Of a stretch of DNA of 64,000 nt, positions 62,395 through 64,000 are shown piece after piece. Where the stretch lies: positions 248,001 through 312,000 of the forward strand of contig JAYWIR010000071.1 of the NCBI GenBank assembly GCA_036172245.1, read 5' to 3'. Numbering within the stretch: position 1 is the stretch's first letter; each line of letters starts with the position of its first letter. A model generated the notes under the pieces. That model did not search any database and was not told the DNA's origin. It was given only the letters and a program-made list of their open reading frames with translations. The stretch comes from Raillietiella orientalis (taxonomy: Eukaryota). Made by a program: the position numbers and the translations under genes.

Positions 62395-64000
62395 AGCAGC
62401 GGTGATGCATCCAGACTGCCCCGTTTCGCCAGCGCATTACCAAAGTTCGCGGCACCGCGAACGTAGCTGGAAAAGTGCGTTCATGCCCAGTGCTCGTGTT
62501 GCTTCGGTAACGCGCGGAATCTTCAGTTTCACTCACGCACCTTGACTAGTAAAGAAATCATGCCCTCGTGTCTGCATCTCCTTGGCGTGGGGCCACGTGG
62601 ACGCGAGCACTAGAACGCGTAGCCTAGATCGTAACAGGCGCTTTCTCAACAACAGTTTTTCACCACAGGTATGCCGTGTTCACCGAATCGATGGTGCACG
62701 TTCCAACTCTTCCCGAGTGTGTGAGCTCCAAGGGTTGTTCATCGGGGGTGTCAGCAGTGAAGTGACGGAGTTTCACACTCCGAAGATGCTCCAGGGGTTT
62801 CTGTGTTCCATGCGAAACCTCTTACCTCCCCAGCAGCTTCGTCAGTACACCGGAAATCGTGACCGCTCTTGGACGGGTGCTCATTGAATACTGTCGGAGG
62901 CGTTCCACCGTAACATGCCCGGAGTGTCGGGACTGACCGGCAGCCACGTAATTGGTTCTGCAGAACCACTACTCCACGCATGTGTACAGTGGTCAACAGG
63001 GAGAATACGTTGAGGACGAATAGAGCGGATGTAGCGTGTACGCTATGGAACTTTTGTGCTCTGTTCCAAGTATCCGCACGTGTTCCTGCTGAGTCCAGGA
63101 GGGTATCATGAGACTCACCACATGCAGTCGTAATCGAAAGACCTTTCCCTTCCAGTAGGCATGTACTGTATGCACTTCTGTCTTTCCCTGCGGAGCCTTT
63201 TTCAGCATGATTTCCGTCTAGGATACACATTGTGTTGTACACTCCTACGCTAATAAAACGTTTTGCAAAAACTGAAAAGACATTCGTTTGCTTGGCTGGT
63301 GCTTTCAAAATCTGTAGACTCTGGTCCACAAACAACGTGGAGACCGAGGAAGGTTAACACTTCATTTATGCTGGAAGCGTGTTCCTGTATTCGTTTCTTT
63401 TGGCGTACATTTATGTGTTCCATGTTCGCCATGTGTACATTAGATAGCAGTTGCACCGGTAAATGTGCAAAATAATTTAATCAATGTATCGGAGAGAATG
63501 GCGCGTGAATACGTGCGTTCACTTACAGCAAGCATCCAGGTGACGCATGACGGTTTTTGTCGGTGACTTCGTGAGGAATCCAGTGTCCATGTTTGGAAAT
63601 CGCCGGAGGTGTTTTCTTTTCTTCTGTCAGAGCGTTTCTCACAAAGGCGGAGGTTTTCCTGGAAAAGTGCGTTTTTCCTGGAACGACTGACGCAATAAAA
63701 CCATCAGCTGCGCAAGGGACTCCATATACTGGCGCCGCGGCTTCGTCTTTTTATTGCACTTCTCAAATCACGTTTCCAACATTGAAAAGAGTGGCTTCAT
63801 GAAATGTTCTCGGGACGACTCCATTCTCTTCGTTCTGCTTCCACAGTGAGATCAAACTGGTTGCTGCTGACCGTGCCGTCTCGGAGCAGCTTTTCTTCTG
63901 GACACCAATGGTATTGCGTGCATCTTTTGGCATGCAAGTCTACATTCAAGCTTCCAGATTAGCAGGAAACAAATGTCAGTCAGGCATCGTACTTTTGGAC

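Noticed and set aside
1..64000. Prokaryotic systems (CRISPR arrays, operons), rRNA or tRNA genes; the many 60-350-aa ORFs in GC-rich blocks
   Set aside because: The sequence is intron-containing eukaryotic DNA. I saw no regularly spaced repeats or structural RNA genes, and overlapping Arg/Pro/Gly-rich ORFs are expected at high GC.

Overview
Eukaryotic genomic DNA, most likely from an arthropod (judged from the CWC27 and ZNF207 protein sequences). The window holds five spliced genes. (1) A CBARP/BARP-like single-pass membrane protein on the minus strand, running off the left edge. (2) CWC27 cyclophilin (+). (3) A catalytically dead cholinesterase-like, neuroligin-type adhesion protein (+). (4) ZNF207/BuGZ (-). 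(5) Aspartyl/asparaginyl beta-hydroxylase ASPH (+, 5' end unresolved). Many introns are only 43-60 nt. Composition is a sharp mosaic of GC/CpG-rich blocks and AT-rich, CpG-poor blocks over the housekeeping genes. The GC-rich introns and intergenic DNA carry at least four, possibly seven, decayed 3' ends of one L1/Tx1-like non-LTR retrotransposon family. These copies share an AATAAA-plus-terminal-hairpin motif, and two share a four-hairpin 3'UTR module with a compensatory change. Other oddities: perfect interlocked inverted repeats (A-B-A'-B'), a 33-bp palindrome, a perfect 52-bp direct repeat 1 kb apart, and two AT-rich coding-like islands of unknown origin. All exon models and family assignments were made by hand from remembered motifs; no database search was run.
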